From positions 32,001 through 96,000 of IMG/VR virus record IMGVR_UViG_3300037246_000990: DNA of 64,000 nt. One strand, written 5' to 3'. The stretch comes from a virus. A program made the position numbers and the translations under genes. The notes beneath the pieces were generated by a model, which saw only the letters and a program-made list of their open reading frames with translations, was not told where the DNA came from and ran no database searches. This document shows positions 45,496-54,263 of the stretch, one piece after another. Each line of letters begins with the position of its first letter. Position 1 is the first letter of the stretch.

Positions 45496-45839
45496 GTAGG
45501 CGTACTAGCTATGAGATTTTCCAAACGATGTCACTAACAGGCAACATAAAAGAAATAAAGCTTTATGTTGACGGGGCTTGGAGTCTCTATGGCAGACCAT
45601 CTACTTGGGGGTTGGATAATCTTATGAAGTCTTATTTTATCCATGATTGCCCTAACTATAAGAAGAGCATATGGTATCATTATTGGATTAACTATCTGGG
45701 CGAGGAAAAGCAGAGTACTCTCTTCGATATTGATTGCCAGGAGTGCAACACATCAGCACCCCAAGGACTTCAAGCACTCTGGCGTTTTCATAGCTTTGGG
45801 TGTGAAACAGCTCTTATCTTTATGGAGAAGACTACATGA
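45492..45839 (+). CDS. Zn-finger paralog family, member 32
   Basis: DGAWSL..IHDC..CQECNTSAPQGLQALW. Confidence 0.8.
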   Translation: MSRRTSYEIFQTMSLTGNIKEIKLYVDGAWSLYGRPSTWGLDNLMKSYFIHDCPNYKKSIWYHYWINYLGEEKQSTLFDIDCQECNTSAPQGLQALWRFHSFGCETALIFMEKTT

Positions 45840-46894
45840 AGATCCTGATCTTTGCAGACCTACACCTCCACAATCATGTCTACGGGGCTACCATTGTAGA
45901 TTATCCTTCATGGAATTTCATGGGTATAAATTCTAGACTGCTTGATGGGTTCAAGGTATTTGAGCAAATCTGTGCCTACCTCAAAGACAACCCAGTAGAT
46001 GAGATTGTGTTCTGCGGAGATACATTTCATACACACGGGAAGATAGACGCTGGTGTGTTAAGGGTGGCGTACGAGGGGTGGGAGACAATCATGCAGTACC
46101 ACAATAAGAAGTACCATGCATACGCCATTGTGGGCAACCACGATACAGCGGACAAGTCCATGAACACTCACGCTTTGCACTGGCTGGATGCGCTAGGTAT
46201 CAACGTCATCAACACGGCTTGTCATAATGAGTTCAACGGTCTACCTAGGAAGCTCAGCTTCTTGTCATACACTGAGAATGTGGAGGTGATCGAGCAGTTC
46301 TTCAAGGACGCAGTGAAAAAGGGCGGCAACCCTGTCTGCTTCATGCATGCTGGGATCGATGGCGTGCCTATGAAGTCGGGGTTCGTACCCGGCTCAGCGT
46401 TCAACACGGATATGATACCTGATGGCGTGCAGCATGTGTTCGCAGGGCACTATCATCCTTACAGGATGGTGACGGACAAGGCCACAGTCCCAGGCTCACC
46501 GCTCCAGTTGAACTGGGCTGATGAGGAGGATACCCGAGGCTTCATCGTTTACGACACAGATACAGGCGAGCAGGATTTTCATCCCATCAAAGCACCGAAG
46601 TTCGTGACAGTAGACATGGATGATCCAGGGTGTGGGTTCTCTCTTGGTTATAGACTACAAGGCAACTTTATTCGTGTGGTCAACCATGACCACTTCAAGC
46701 AGGAAGAACTACGAGAAGAGTTTACGGGGGCAGGTGCAAGATCCGTGGAGTTCGTCGTGAAGATAAAGGAGGTTGACCGGCTGCAGCCCCTTAGTAGCGA
46801 CGGGCTCCACATCCCCGAGGCAATCAGAGAGTACGAAGAGCAGAAGGAAGTAACGTTGGAACGTCGCAAGGTAGGGGAGGAGTTAAGGAAATGA
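45836..46894 (+). CDS. SbcD/Mre11-like nuclease (gp47-like)
   Basis: ADLH, GDTF, GNHD, GHYH, PGSP. Confidence 0.92.
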   Translation: MKILIFADLHLHNHVYGATIVDYPSWNFMGINSRLLDGFKVFEQICAYLKDNPVDEIVFCGDTFHTHGKIDAGVLRVAYEGWETIMQYHNKKYHAYAIVGNHDTADKSMNTHALHWLDALGINVINTACHNEFNGLPRKLSFLSYTENVEVIEQFFKDAVKKGGNPVCFMHAGIDGVPMKSGFVPGSAFNTDMIPDGVQHVFAGHYHPYRMVTDKATVPGSPLQLNWADEEDTRGFIVYDTDTGEQDFHPIKAPKFVTVDMDDPGCGFSLGYRLQGNFIRVVNHDHFKQEELREEFTGAGARSVEFVVKIKEVDRLQPLSSDGLHIPEAIREYEEQKEVTLERRKVGEELRK

Positions 46895-48681
46895 AACTGC
46901 TGAACTTGCACGCCCACAACGTCTTCAGCATCGGGACCATCGATCTCGACCTCACGGGCAAAGGGTTGGTGTTGGTCACAGGGTGGAGCAACGATGAGAA
47001 CACCGGGAACATGGCGGGTAAATCCTGCGTGGCTAACCGGACCATTGTGTGGGGGTTGTATGGTCGGACGGTGGACGGTATCAAGGCCGACGATGTCATC
47101 AACACCAGCATCAAGAACGCCAAGCACTGCGGCGTGCGGATCCATTTTGAAGGGATTGATGGTAAGGAGTACCGGATCTATCGGGCACGCAAGCCGAACT
47201 GTCTGGTGCTCAGTATCAAGAACGCCTTCGAAGAGGTGTGGACAGATTTGTCGAAGAGGAACGAGAAGGATACCCAAGAGCTTATCAATGCACTGTTGGG
47301 GCGAGACCACAAAACATTCATCCAATCGGACTTCTTTGGGCAAGGGAGGGAGCGGTCTTTTCTGGCACTGCCGGGTAGCGAGCAGAAGGCGGTGGTAGAA
47401 GAGATCCTCCCCCTCAACTCTCTTGAGAAGTGGAAAGACAAGGCGAAGGAAGAGTTGAAGCTAGTGGAGGAGCGTGTCGAAGCAGCAGAGATCGAGCAGT
47501 GCATGTCTCATGAGCGAAAGAGAACCGCTCTCTCCCACTACCACACTCTCCAGTCGCAGGAAGCAGGGTGGAATACCAACAACGCAATCGAACTCAATCA
47601 AGCGCAGAAGGAGCTGAATAAGATCCTCTGCATTACCGAAAACATCGAGGATGAGATTGAGGTACTGAAGGAGTCAATCCCTGGAACGCCAGCGAGAACG
47701 CTAGAAGAGCAGATTGTTATTGAAAGAGTGTTGAGTCAGTCGATCAATTCCCTTGGGTATAGGATTGATACCCTCACAGGGGATATCGACCGTCGTGCCT
47801 CTCGCCCTGAGATATGCGTGAGTTGTGAGCAGACACTACCGAAGGAGCGGGTCGAGCTGAACGCCGAGGCTTTGAAGAATGACAGGGCTAAGCGAGAGGA
47901 ACTGATCGCAGAGCGGGGTGAGAAGGAAGCCAAGCAGTACCTCGCTGCCTCCTATATAGCGATCTGCCATGAGATTCAAGGGCTAGAGGTGAGCGTCAAG
48001 GTTAAAAGCCAGCGGGCAGCACTGGAAGAGAAAGTTAGAATACTCGTCAATGCCACTAACCCGTTTGCTCATCTCGTCTACGTCGCCGACAAACAGGTGA
48101 AAGCAGAACAGATCATAAATGAGGAGACGGAGCTTCAGGTTCTTGAGATGGCAGAGGAGAGAGAACACTACCGATTCTGGGCCAACGCTTTCGGTCATGA
48201 CTTGAAGACGATGATCTTCAATCAGGTGTGTCCCTACCTTGAGCGACAGACGAACCAGTACCTTCGTGACTTGGACAACGCTCAAATCAAGGTCAAGTTT
48301 CGCACAGTCAAGCTGCTGAAGTCAGGCGATGCCCGTGACCAGTTCTGTGTGACCGCAGCGTCGGACACAGGCAGCAAGGTATTCGAGCTGTTCAGTGGAG
48401 CAGAGAAACAGCTCACCAGTTTCGCAGTAGGCATGGCTCTCTCAGATCTAGCGGGGATGCAAGTGGAGGGGGCATCCTCGTTTATGATCCTCGATGAGCC
48501 CTTCTTGTATCAGAGCCCTGAGAACTGTGAGCGTATCATCAACTTCATTACCACCCATTTAGTGTCCGGTGGTGAGGGTGGTAAAACGGTACTACTTATA
48601 TCCAATGAGGATAACTTAGTGAACCTAGTGCATGATCGAGTACATGTCGTGAAAGAGAAGGGGGTAACTTACATTGCCTAA
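46891..48681 (+). CDS. SbcC/Rad50-like ATPase (gp46-like)
   Basis: NMAGKS, coiled coil with CVSC hook, FSGAE signature, ILDEP. Confidence 0.92.
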   Translation: MKLLNLHAHNVFSIGTIDLDLTGKGLVLVTGWSNDENTGNMAGKSCVANRTIVWGLYGRTVDGIKADDVINTSIKNAKHCGVRIHFEGIDGKEYRIYRARKPNCLVLSIKNAFEEVWTDLSKRNEKDTQELINALLGRDHKTFIQSDFFGQGRERSFLALPGSEQKAVVEEILPLNSLEKWKDKAKEELKLVEERVEAAEIEQCMSHERKRTALSHYHTLQSQEAGWNTNNAIELNQAQKELNKILCITENIEDEIEVLKESIPGTPARTLEEQIVIERVLSQSINSLGYRIDTLTGDIDRRASRPEICVSCEQTLPKERVELNAEALKNDRAKREELIAERGEKEAKQYLAASYIAICHEIQGLEVSVKVKSQRAALEEKVRILVNATNPFAHLVYVADKQVKAEQIINEETELQVLEMAEEREHYRFWANAFGHDLKTMIFNQVCPYLERQTNQYLRDLDNAQIKVKFRTVKLLKSGDARDQFCVTAASDTGSKVFELFSGAEKQLTSFAVGMALSDLAGMQVEGASSFMILDEPFLYQSPENCERIINFITTHLVSGGEGGKTVLLISNEDNLVNLVHDRVHVVKEKGVTYIA

Positions 48682-49264
48682 AGGTATCCCTAAGATTGAT
48701 ACCGAACTCGCCAAGTTGAACATGACGTTCGACAGGGGAGTAGATCTTGACAAGCGCATCATCTACATCTTTAATATAATTGATGAGTCGATGGCCGAGA
48801 ATGTAATTGTGAGTTTGCAGCATCTATCCGTTACCGATCCTGAAGCCGGTATCACCATTATGATTAATAGCGAAGGCGGTACCGTGTCTGCTATGTTTGC
48901 TATTTACGATGCGATGCGTGCTTGTACTAACGAGATCACTACTATTGGCATCGGTGAGGTGTGTTCCGCTGCTGGTCTACTGCTAGTAGCTGGAGATAAG
49001 CGCCTCGCTTCTAGAAACTGTCTGTTCATGGCGCATCAGATGATTGGCGGGTACAGCCCAGATGAGAACATTGACACAATCGAAGCACAGGTAGCTGCCA
49101 ACAAGATGTGTTGGGATCGCTGGGCCGCAGCAATGGCTGAACACACGAATCAGAAAGTGAACTACTGGAAGCGAGAGCTACCTTCTAAGTTGAATGAGCT
49201 GTGGTTGCCGGTGGAGAAAATGAAGATGCCGAAATACGGAATCGTTGACGGAGTATGGGAGTAA
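48674..49264 (+). CDS. ClpP-like protease
   Basis: INSEGG, VCSAAG (catalytic Ser), FMAHQ (His), YGIVD. Confidence 0.85.
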   Translation: MPKGIPKIDTELAKLNMTFDRGVDLDKRIIYIFNIIDESMAENVIVSLQHLSVTDPEAGITIMINSEGGTVSAMFAIYDAMRACTNEITTIGIGEVCSAAGLLLVAGDKRLASRNCLFMAHQMIGGYSPDENIDTIEAQVAANKMCWDRWAAAMAEHTNQKVNYWKRELPSKLNELWLPVEKMKMPKYGIVDGVWE

Positions 49265-49266
49265 TC

Positions 49267-49521
49267 ATGAAAACAGTAAAAGAGATAAAAGAACTGCTAA
49301 CCTATCCAGCGTTTATTTGGCTTGTGACAATTGGTGTTTTATTGGCGGTAAATGCATGGACAAAGGAAACTACCACTTTAGACGAAGCGCTTGAGCACCC
49401 GGTTAAGGTGGAGAAGTTTGTAGACAAGGTAAACGGAGTGGTGTGTTACTGGAGTACTCGTCACCCTCAGTACCTTGATTGTGTGAAGGTCACCAATACG
49501 AGCAAGAGGCACGCACAATGA
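49267..49521 (+). CDS. small membrane protein
   Basis: TM helix; D..NGVVCY...LDCV. Confidence 0.65.
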   Translation: MKTVKEIKELLTYPAFIWLVTIGVLLAVNAWTKETTTLDEALEHPVKVEKFVDKVNGVVCYWSTRHPQYLDCVKVTNTSKRHAQ

Positions 49522-49784
49522 CTAAAGAGAAGATGGCACTAATTGAGACGGCTCTTGCTGAGGTGCGAGGTGAGTTGCTTGCCGCTTATGAGAACTACCC
49601 CGACTTTCGTTCCGCTCATGAAGGAGTGGCGATAATAGAGGAGGAGTTCATTGAGTTTAGGGACGCAGCGTACTGGTCACACAAACACCCATTAGATGCT
49701 GAAGTGACTGAGGCACGACAGCTTGCTGCAATGAGTGTTCGCTACTTAGTGGATATATGTTTCAATAAGGAGGCACCAAGATGA
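49518..49784 (+). CDS. MazG-like NTP pyrophosphohydrolase-fold protein
   Basis: FRSAHEG.AIIEEEF.E...EARQLAAM. Confidence 0.55.
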   Translation: MTKEKMALIETALAEVRGELLAAYENYPDFRSAHEGVAIIEEEFIEFRDAAYWSHKHPLDAEVTEARQLAAMSVRYLVDICFNKEAPR

Positions 49785-50047
49785 GTTTGAAAGTTACATT
49801 GGAAGAAGAACCTAGAATATTTCTAGTCAAAGTTGGAGAGAATAGTATCGGCAAAGTCACGTCACACTGGGAGAAGGGTGACGCAGATGATGATGAAAAC
49901 TATCATGCCGCACTCTTCACAAACGATGAAGATAAGAGGGATAAGGGGTTGGGTTGGTTCGACACACTTGAAAAAGCAGGGATAGCTGTAGTGGAGTACG
50001 CACACGGCCCCACGAAGATCAACAAGGTGACAGAAAGGATCGTATGA
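49781..50047 (+). CDS. hypothetical protein
   Basis: GGAGG RBS. Confidence 0.7.
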   Translation: MSLKVTLEEEPRIFLVKVGENSIGKVTSHWEKGDADDDENYHAALFTNDEDKRDKGLGWFDTLEKAGIAVVEYAHGPTKINKVTERIV

Positions 50048-50511
50048 TTACTGAGCTTGCCTACGCCCTGTGTGGGCTCATCATGCTACCGCTAGTGGAT
50101 AACGCTACGGAGTACGACTTGTACACCAACGATGCGTACGATATTACACTGACGCACCCAGACAACATCATAGAGGTGTGCAGAGATGACTACCCCCAGG
50201 TCTATATTTGTGAACCGAGGTACGGGTGCTTCATTAGATCAGACTATTATTACATCGCTCGAAACGAGGACGAAGAGTCTGATCCAGGGGAGAAGCTGGA
50301 GATACGGTGGGTGTGGGATCCAGACTTTGATGATGATGGTATCGTAGGTTTCTTAGACTTTGGTTTGTGGGTCGGTGCGTTCGGAGGTACTGATCCTAGG
50401 GCCGACGCAGACGGGAATGGCATAGTAGGTTTCTCAGACTTTGGTTGGTTTGTGCAGCGGTTTGGTGAGTGTCTTAGTGAGAACCTTGTGAAGGTGGTGC
50501 CTTGTGGCTAG
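50044..50511 (+). CDS. exported protein with dockerin-like duplicated Ca-binding loops
   Basis: hydrophobic N-terminus; DFDDDGIVGFLDF and DADGNGIVGFSDF. Confidence 0.75.
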   Translation: MITELAYALCGLIMLPLVDNATEYDLYTNDAYDITLTHPDNIIEVCRDDYPQVYICEPRYGCFIRSDYYYIARNEDEESDPGEKLEIRWVWDPDFDDDGIVGFLDFGLWVGAFGGTDPRADADGNGIVGFSDFGWFVQRFGECLSENLVKVVPCG

Positions 50512-51154
50512 GAAGAAGAAGAAGAAACGATGTGGCAGGTGCCACGTTCTAAAGCCAATTACGAAGTTTCCTCCTTGTAAGATGGGTAAGGACGGGGTTT
50601 ACAGTTATTGTAAGCCGTGCCATTGTGCATATCAAAAAGAGAGGCATCCTAACCGAAAAGAGATTGATGAAAAAGCAGCTCGCAGAATAGGATTAAAGAA
50701 ACAAGAGCTAAAGACTTGTACATCGTGTAAAACTGTGCATCCTTATAGTAATTTCTATAGTGATTCTAGACATATCGACGGTAAACAAAGTATTTGTAAA
50801 GATTGCTGGTATGTCAAGGGTAACACATCCTATCTAAAGAAGGAATATGGTCTAACAGTGGATGAATTTCATCTATTATTAGACGCTCAGGGTGGTTGTT
50901 GTGTAATCTGCCGTCGACCTCCGAAGAAGAACCGATTCAATATAGATCATTGTCATAAGACGCATCGGATCAGAGCGTTACTCTGTGTCAACTGTAACAC
51001 TAATCTTTTGCCTCTTATTGAAGCCCACCCTGATTGGGTGAAAAGAGCTTTTGATTATCTAGAAAACCCACCGGCTTTTGAAGTTATAGGTAAAAGACAA
51101 GTACCAAAAACAAATCAAGCACGTAGGAAGCAGAAGGAGAAAACAAATGGGTAA
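50504..51154 (+). CDS. endonuclease VII-family nuclease with two N-terminal Zn modules
   Basis: YGLT..QGG.CVIC..IDHCH..IRALLCVNCN. Confidence 0.88.
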   Translation: MARKKKKKRCGRCHVLKPITKFPPCKMGKDGVYSYCKPCHCAYQKERHPNRKEIDEKAARRIGLKKQELKTCTSCKTVHPYSNFYSDSRHIDGKQSICKDCWYVKGNTSYLKKEYGLTVDEFHLLLDAQGGCCVICRRPPKKNRFNIDHCHKTHRIRALLCVNCNTNLLPLIEAHPDWVKRAFDYLENPPAFEVIGKRQVPKTNQARRKQKEKTNG

Positions 51155-51920
51155 ACGTGTAGACCATACGGGACACAGACTTGTGTTTGATATCGAAGTC
51201 TCTCCGGCGATCTACTGGATTTGGAAGGGTGGGTACGGTATCAATGTACCGACCAGTAACTTGCTTGAAGAGCCTAAAGTGATCTGCATCAGTTACAAAT
51301 GGGAAGGTGAGCAGCAGACACACCACCTACAATGGGACAAAAAGCAGTGTGATAAGAAGATGCTGAAGAAATTCATTCCGATCATGCAAGAAGCAGGGGT
51401 ACTGATTGGTCATAACTCAGACAACTTCGATATTCGTTGGCTGCGTACGAGATGCCTATATCATAGACTACCTTGCCCGCCTGACTTCATCACCATCGAT
51501 ACGTGGAAGCAGGCGAAGAAGTTTCTGAGACTCCAGGGGAATGGCCTAAAGTACGTCGCCCAATTTCTCCGACTTAAGAAAGGCAAGCTTGTGACCGCTG
51601 AAAACGCGGGGCTGTGGAAGGAAGTGGTATTCAAGAAGAGTGCTAAAGCAATGAAAGAGATGCTAGCCTATTGCGACCGCGACGTAGATGTTACTATGGA
51701 AGTTTATGAAGCGTTCGTCCCTTACACCGGCACCATCGGCCACCGTGGCAAGAGCATGCAGGACTGCGCTCACTGCGGTAGCAGTAACACCAAGTGGGAG
51801 AAGAATCGGGTCTCTACTGCTGGTATGAAGAGGACACAGTTCAGGTGTCAGGAACCAGGCTGTATGAAGTATGGTACTTGTGCAGCTAGTAAATGGTACA
51901 AAAACACCAAGATAAAGTAG
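51147..51920 (+). CDS. RNase H-like DEDD exonuclease with C-terminal zinc ribbon
   Basis: FDIE, GHNSDNFD, IDT, YCDRDV. Confidence 0.85.
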   Translation: MGKRVDHTGHRLVFDIEVSPAIYWIWKGGYGINVPTSNLLEEPKVICISYKWEGEQQTHHLQWDKKQCDKKMLKKFIPIMQEAGVLIGHNSDNFDIRWLRTRCLYHRLPCPPDFITIDTWKQAKKFLRLQGNGLKYVAQFLRLKKGKLVTAENAGLWKEVVFKKSAKAMKEMLAYCDRDVDVTMEVYEAFVPYTGTIGHRGKSMQDCAHCGSSNTKWEKNRVSTAGMKRTQFRCQEPGCMKYGTCAASKWYKNTKIK

Positions 51921-51936
51921 ACAGGAGGACTGTAAA

Positions 51937-52356
51937 TTGCGTGTTTACCTCTGTGGACCGATGGATAACTACACCGAAGAAGAGTTGAGTACTTGGAGGA
52001 AGGATGCTAAGAACTATCTAGGTCTCCAAGGGATCACATGCCTCGACCCAACGGATCGCATCTACAGGAATGAGGATTACGGAAGCGATCCAGAGAGTGT
52101 GCTGCCTGATCTTGTTGAAGCAGACAAGATCGACATTGAGGCATCAGATGTGCTCCTCGTTAACTACACGAAGGTAAGCGTAGGGACCAGCATGGAGATT
52201 TTATTGGCTTGGATGAAGGACAAGCACGTAATTGTAGTGGCTCCCGAAGGCATGCACCTGAGTGCGTGGGTTCATTACCATTCTCACAGAGTATTCCGAA
52301 GTATGCAGGAAGCATACGACCATATCATTCAGTTCAACCTTCGTATCGGGCCATGA
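51937..52356 (+). CDS. nucleoside 2-deoxyribosyltransferase
   Basis: VYLCGPM, DP, DKIDIEASD, SVGTSME. Confidence 0.88.
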   Translation: MRVYLCGPMDNYTEEELSTWRKDAKNYLGLQGITCLDPTDRIYRNEDYGSDPESVLPDLVEADKIDIEASDVLLVNYTKVSVGTSMEILLAWMKDKHVIVVAPEGMHLSAWVHYHSHRVFRSMQEAYDHIIQFNLRIGP

Positions 52357-52673
52357 GGAACTGGAGGGAGTGGTTCATAACACCTGAGGATGAGGCCCCA
52401 GTCTATGAGACTGAGGATGACATTCGAGTACTATCAGGGTCCGGACATATAAAAGAGGGTAAGATCCTCCCTATCCGGAAGAAGCTGCCTCCTCGCTGCG
52501 CCACCTGTAAGAAGTTCGTAGGCTCCGATACAGGCATGCATCTCCTGCTAACAGGGCAGTGGAGGGTTCATATCTCCTGCTTCGCTGAGGTGCTGGAACG
52601 CCACTACAAGGACGGAGAGCTGATTGACTTCACCAATGGATCCATCAGAAAGATTGATTACGACGATTCTTGA
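52353..52673 (+). CDS. zinc-finger protein
   Basis: CATC...HISC; ATGA overlap. Confidence 0.65.
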   Translation: MRNWREWFITPEDEAPVYETEDDIRVLSGSGHIKEGKILPIRKKLPPRCATCKKFVGSDTGMHLLLTGQWRVHISCFAEVLERHYKDGELIDFTNGSIRKIDYDDS

Positions 52674-52686
52674 CCGGCAGACAGGG

Positions 52687-52715
52687 TTGCAAAAGTTTGA
52701 AAGAAAAGCTATAAT
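52687..52715 (+). promoter_or_regulatory. repeated sigma70-type promoter copy 4
   Basis: identical to 1309-1337. Confidence 0.85.
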
Positions 52716-52733
52716 TGAGGTTAAGGAGAGCAA

Positions 52734-53852
52734 ATGAATAAAAGCGAGAAGGGTAGGACCCTCTTGATGACGATTGATAAAAGGATGAAGGTCGCCCGGG
52801 AGATGTACGGGATGGAACCTCTGCTTCAGTATCAGGCTATGATGAATGCAGCGCTTGAGGGGGATACCTCGGTACTTAGGTATATGCATGAAGGTCGGGG
52901 GGATAAAGAAAGTGCACTCAAGCAACTAACTATATGGTTCGGAGCGTATATTTCATTTCAAGAAAGTGACGATGAATTTCAATACGTGTTTGTTGACGAC
53001 GCTTCTTACCTGTCTGTGCATATCAATAAGTATGATAAAGATGGTAAGAACCATATCGAGGTTGACTTGGTGACAACCCAACAGGAAACATTCGATAAGA
53101 TTAAGGACAAGTTTAAGAGCCTAGTTCAGACCTCACCACCTTCGAACGCTGTGCTTGCTCTGGTTAGCACCCCAAACGGCTTGGGGCTTTCAGCTCTTGG
53201 ACAGTTCAAGCAAGAGCTACTTACTTGTAACTACTCGGCTAATGTCATTAAAGGGTTTGAGCATGTGAAGGCTTGTCTCGCTACTAAGTCACCTTGTGGT
53301 CGGCTTGTGCTGTTTCAAGGGGCACCGGGTACGGGTAAGAGCTATATGATTAGATCTTTGGTGTCTACTGTTGAGTCTACTTTCATTATCGTTGGCTCCA
53401 ATATGATTGCCGATCTATCTGGGCCTGCCATACTGCCGGTTCTGATGAGCACTGGGCGTGACCAGGATAAGCCGATTACGTTTATTCTTGAAGACGCAGA
53501 CGTGGCGCTCTCTGACAGGAAGTCATCAGGGATGAATCATCTTAGTGGTTTACTGAACCTCGGAGATGGCCTCCTTGGTGAGATGATGGACATCAGAATC
53601 GTAGCCACGACCAACGCAGGTACGATGGAACTTGATGATGCGATTGTCCGACCCGGAAGGATGTGTCAGCACATCATGTTCGATTCGCTCAGTGCCACCG
53701 AAGCAAATGTGCTGTACTCTAAGCTGGTCGAGGGTAAGGATAAGGACACTCATATTACTAAAGCACTAACCTTGGCTGAGGTCTACAGGATGGCCCGTCA
53801 GGATGGGTGGGTACCACCTAAGCCCACCGTGACACACGGCGCATACGTTTAA
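52734..53852 (+). CDS. AAA+ ATPase
   Basis: GAPGTGKS, FILEDAD, LLNLGDG, ATTN, AIVRPGR. Confidence 0.9.
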   Translation: MNKSEKGRTLLMTIDKRMKVAREMYGMEPLLQYQAMMNAALEGDTSVLRYMHEGRGDKESALKQLTIWFGAYISFQESDDEFQYVFVDDASYLSVHINKYDKDGKNHIEVDLVTTQQETFDKIKDKFKSLVQTSPPSNAVLALVSTPNGLGLSALGQFKQELLTCNYSANVIKGFEHVKACLATKSPCGRLVLFQGAPGTGKSYMIRSLVSTVESTFIIVGSNMIADLSGPAILPVLMSTGRDQDKPITFILEDADVALSDRKSSGMNHLSGLLNLGDGLLGEMMDIRIVATTNAGTMELDDAIVRPGRMCQHIMFDSLSATEANVLYSKLVEGKDKDTHITKALTLAEVYRMARQDGWVPPKPTVTHGAYV

Positions 53853-53861
53853 GGAGGGAAC

Positions 53862-54263
53862 ATGGGACAAGAGCATATCGAGTTTGTGTTTAACGATGCA
53901 AAGGCTACTATTATCGAGCGCGGTAATGAGCGGGATCAGCCTGATGGGGAGCGTACCATCCCCCGCTGTGTGACGGCGTTCAACGCCATCACAGGGCATA
54001 AGCTATCGAACTGTGACGGGTGGTTGTTCATGGAGATCTTGAAGAAATGCCGCTCCGTCCAGGGTACATACAAGTACGACGATTACCGAGACGGTGTAGG
54101 CTACGCTGCCCTTAGGGCAGAGGAAGCTAGGATGGAACACGAAAAGGCGACGCCTGACGTTACCTCTGAGTTGGTGTTCAAACCTTGTGCTCATGGCTAT
54201 ACGAACTGTAGTACGTGCGGTCTCTCGATGGTACCTGTGGAGTGTGATACCCGTGCCGTTTGA
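53862..54263 (+). CDS. DUF6378-like phage protein
   Basis: ERG..D..AFNAITG..GWLFM..K..DDY.D..GYAAL. Confidence 0.72.
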   Translation: MGQEHIEFVFNDAKATIIERGNERDQPDGERTIPRCVTAFNAITGHKLSNCDGWLFMEILKKCRSVQGTYKYDDYRDGVGYAALRAEEARMEHEKATPDVTSELVFKPCAHGYTNCSTCGLSMVPVECDTRAV

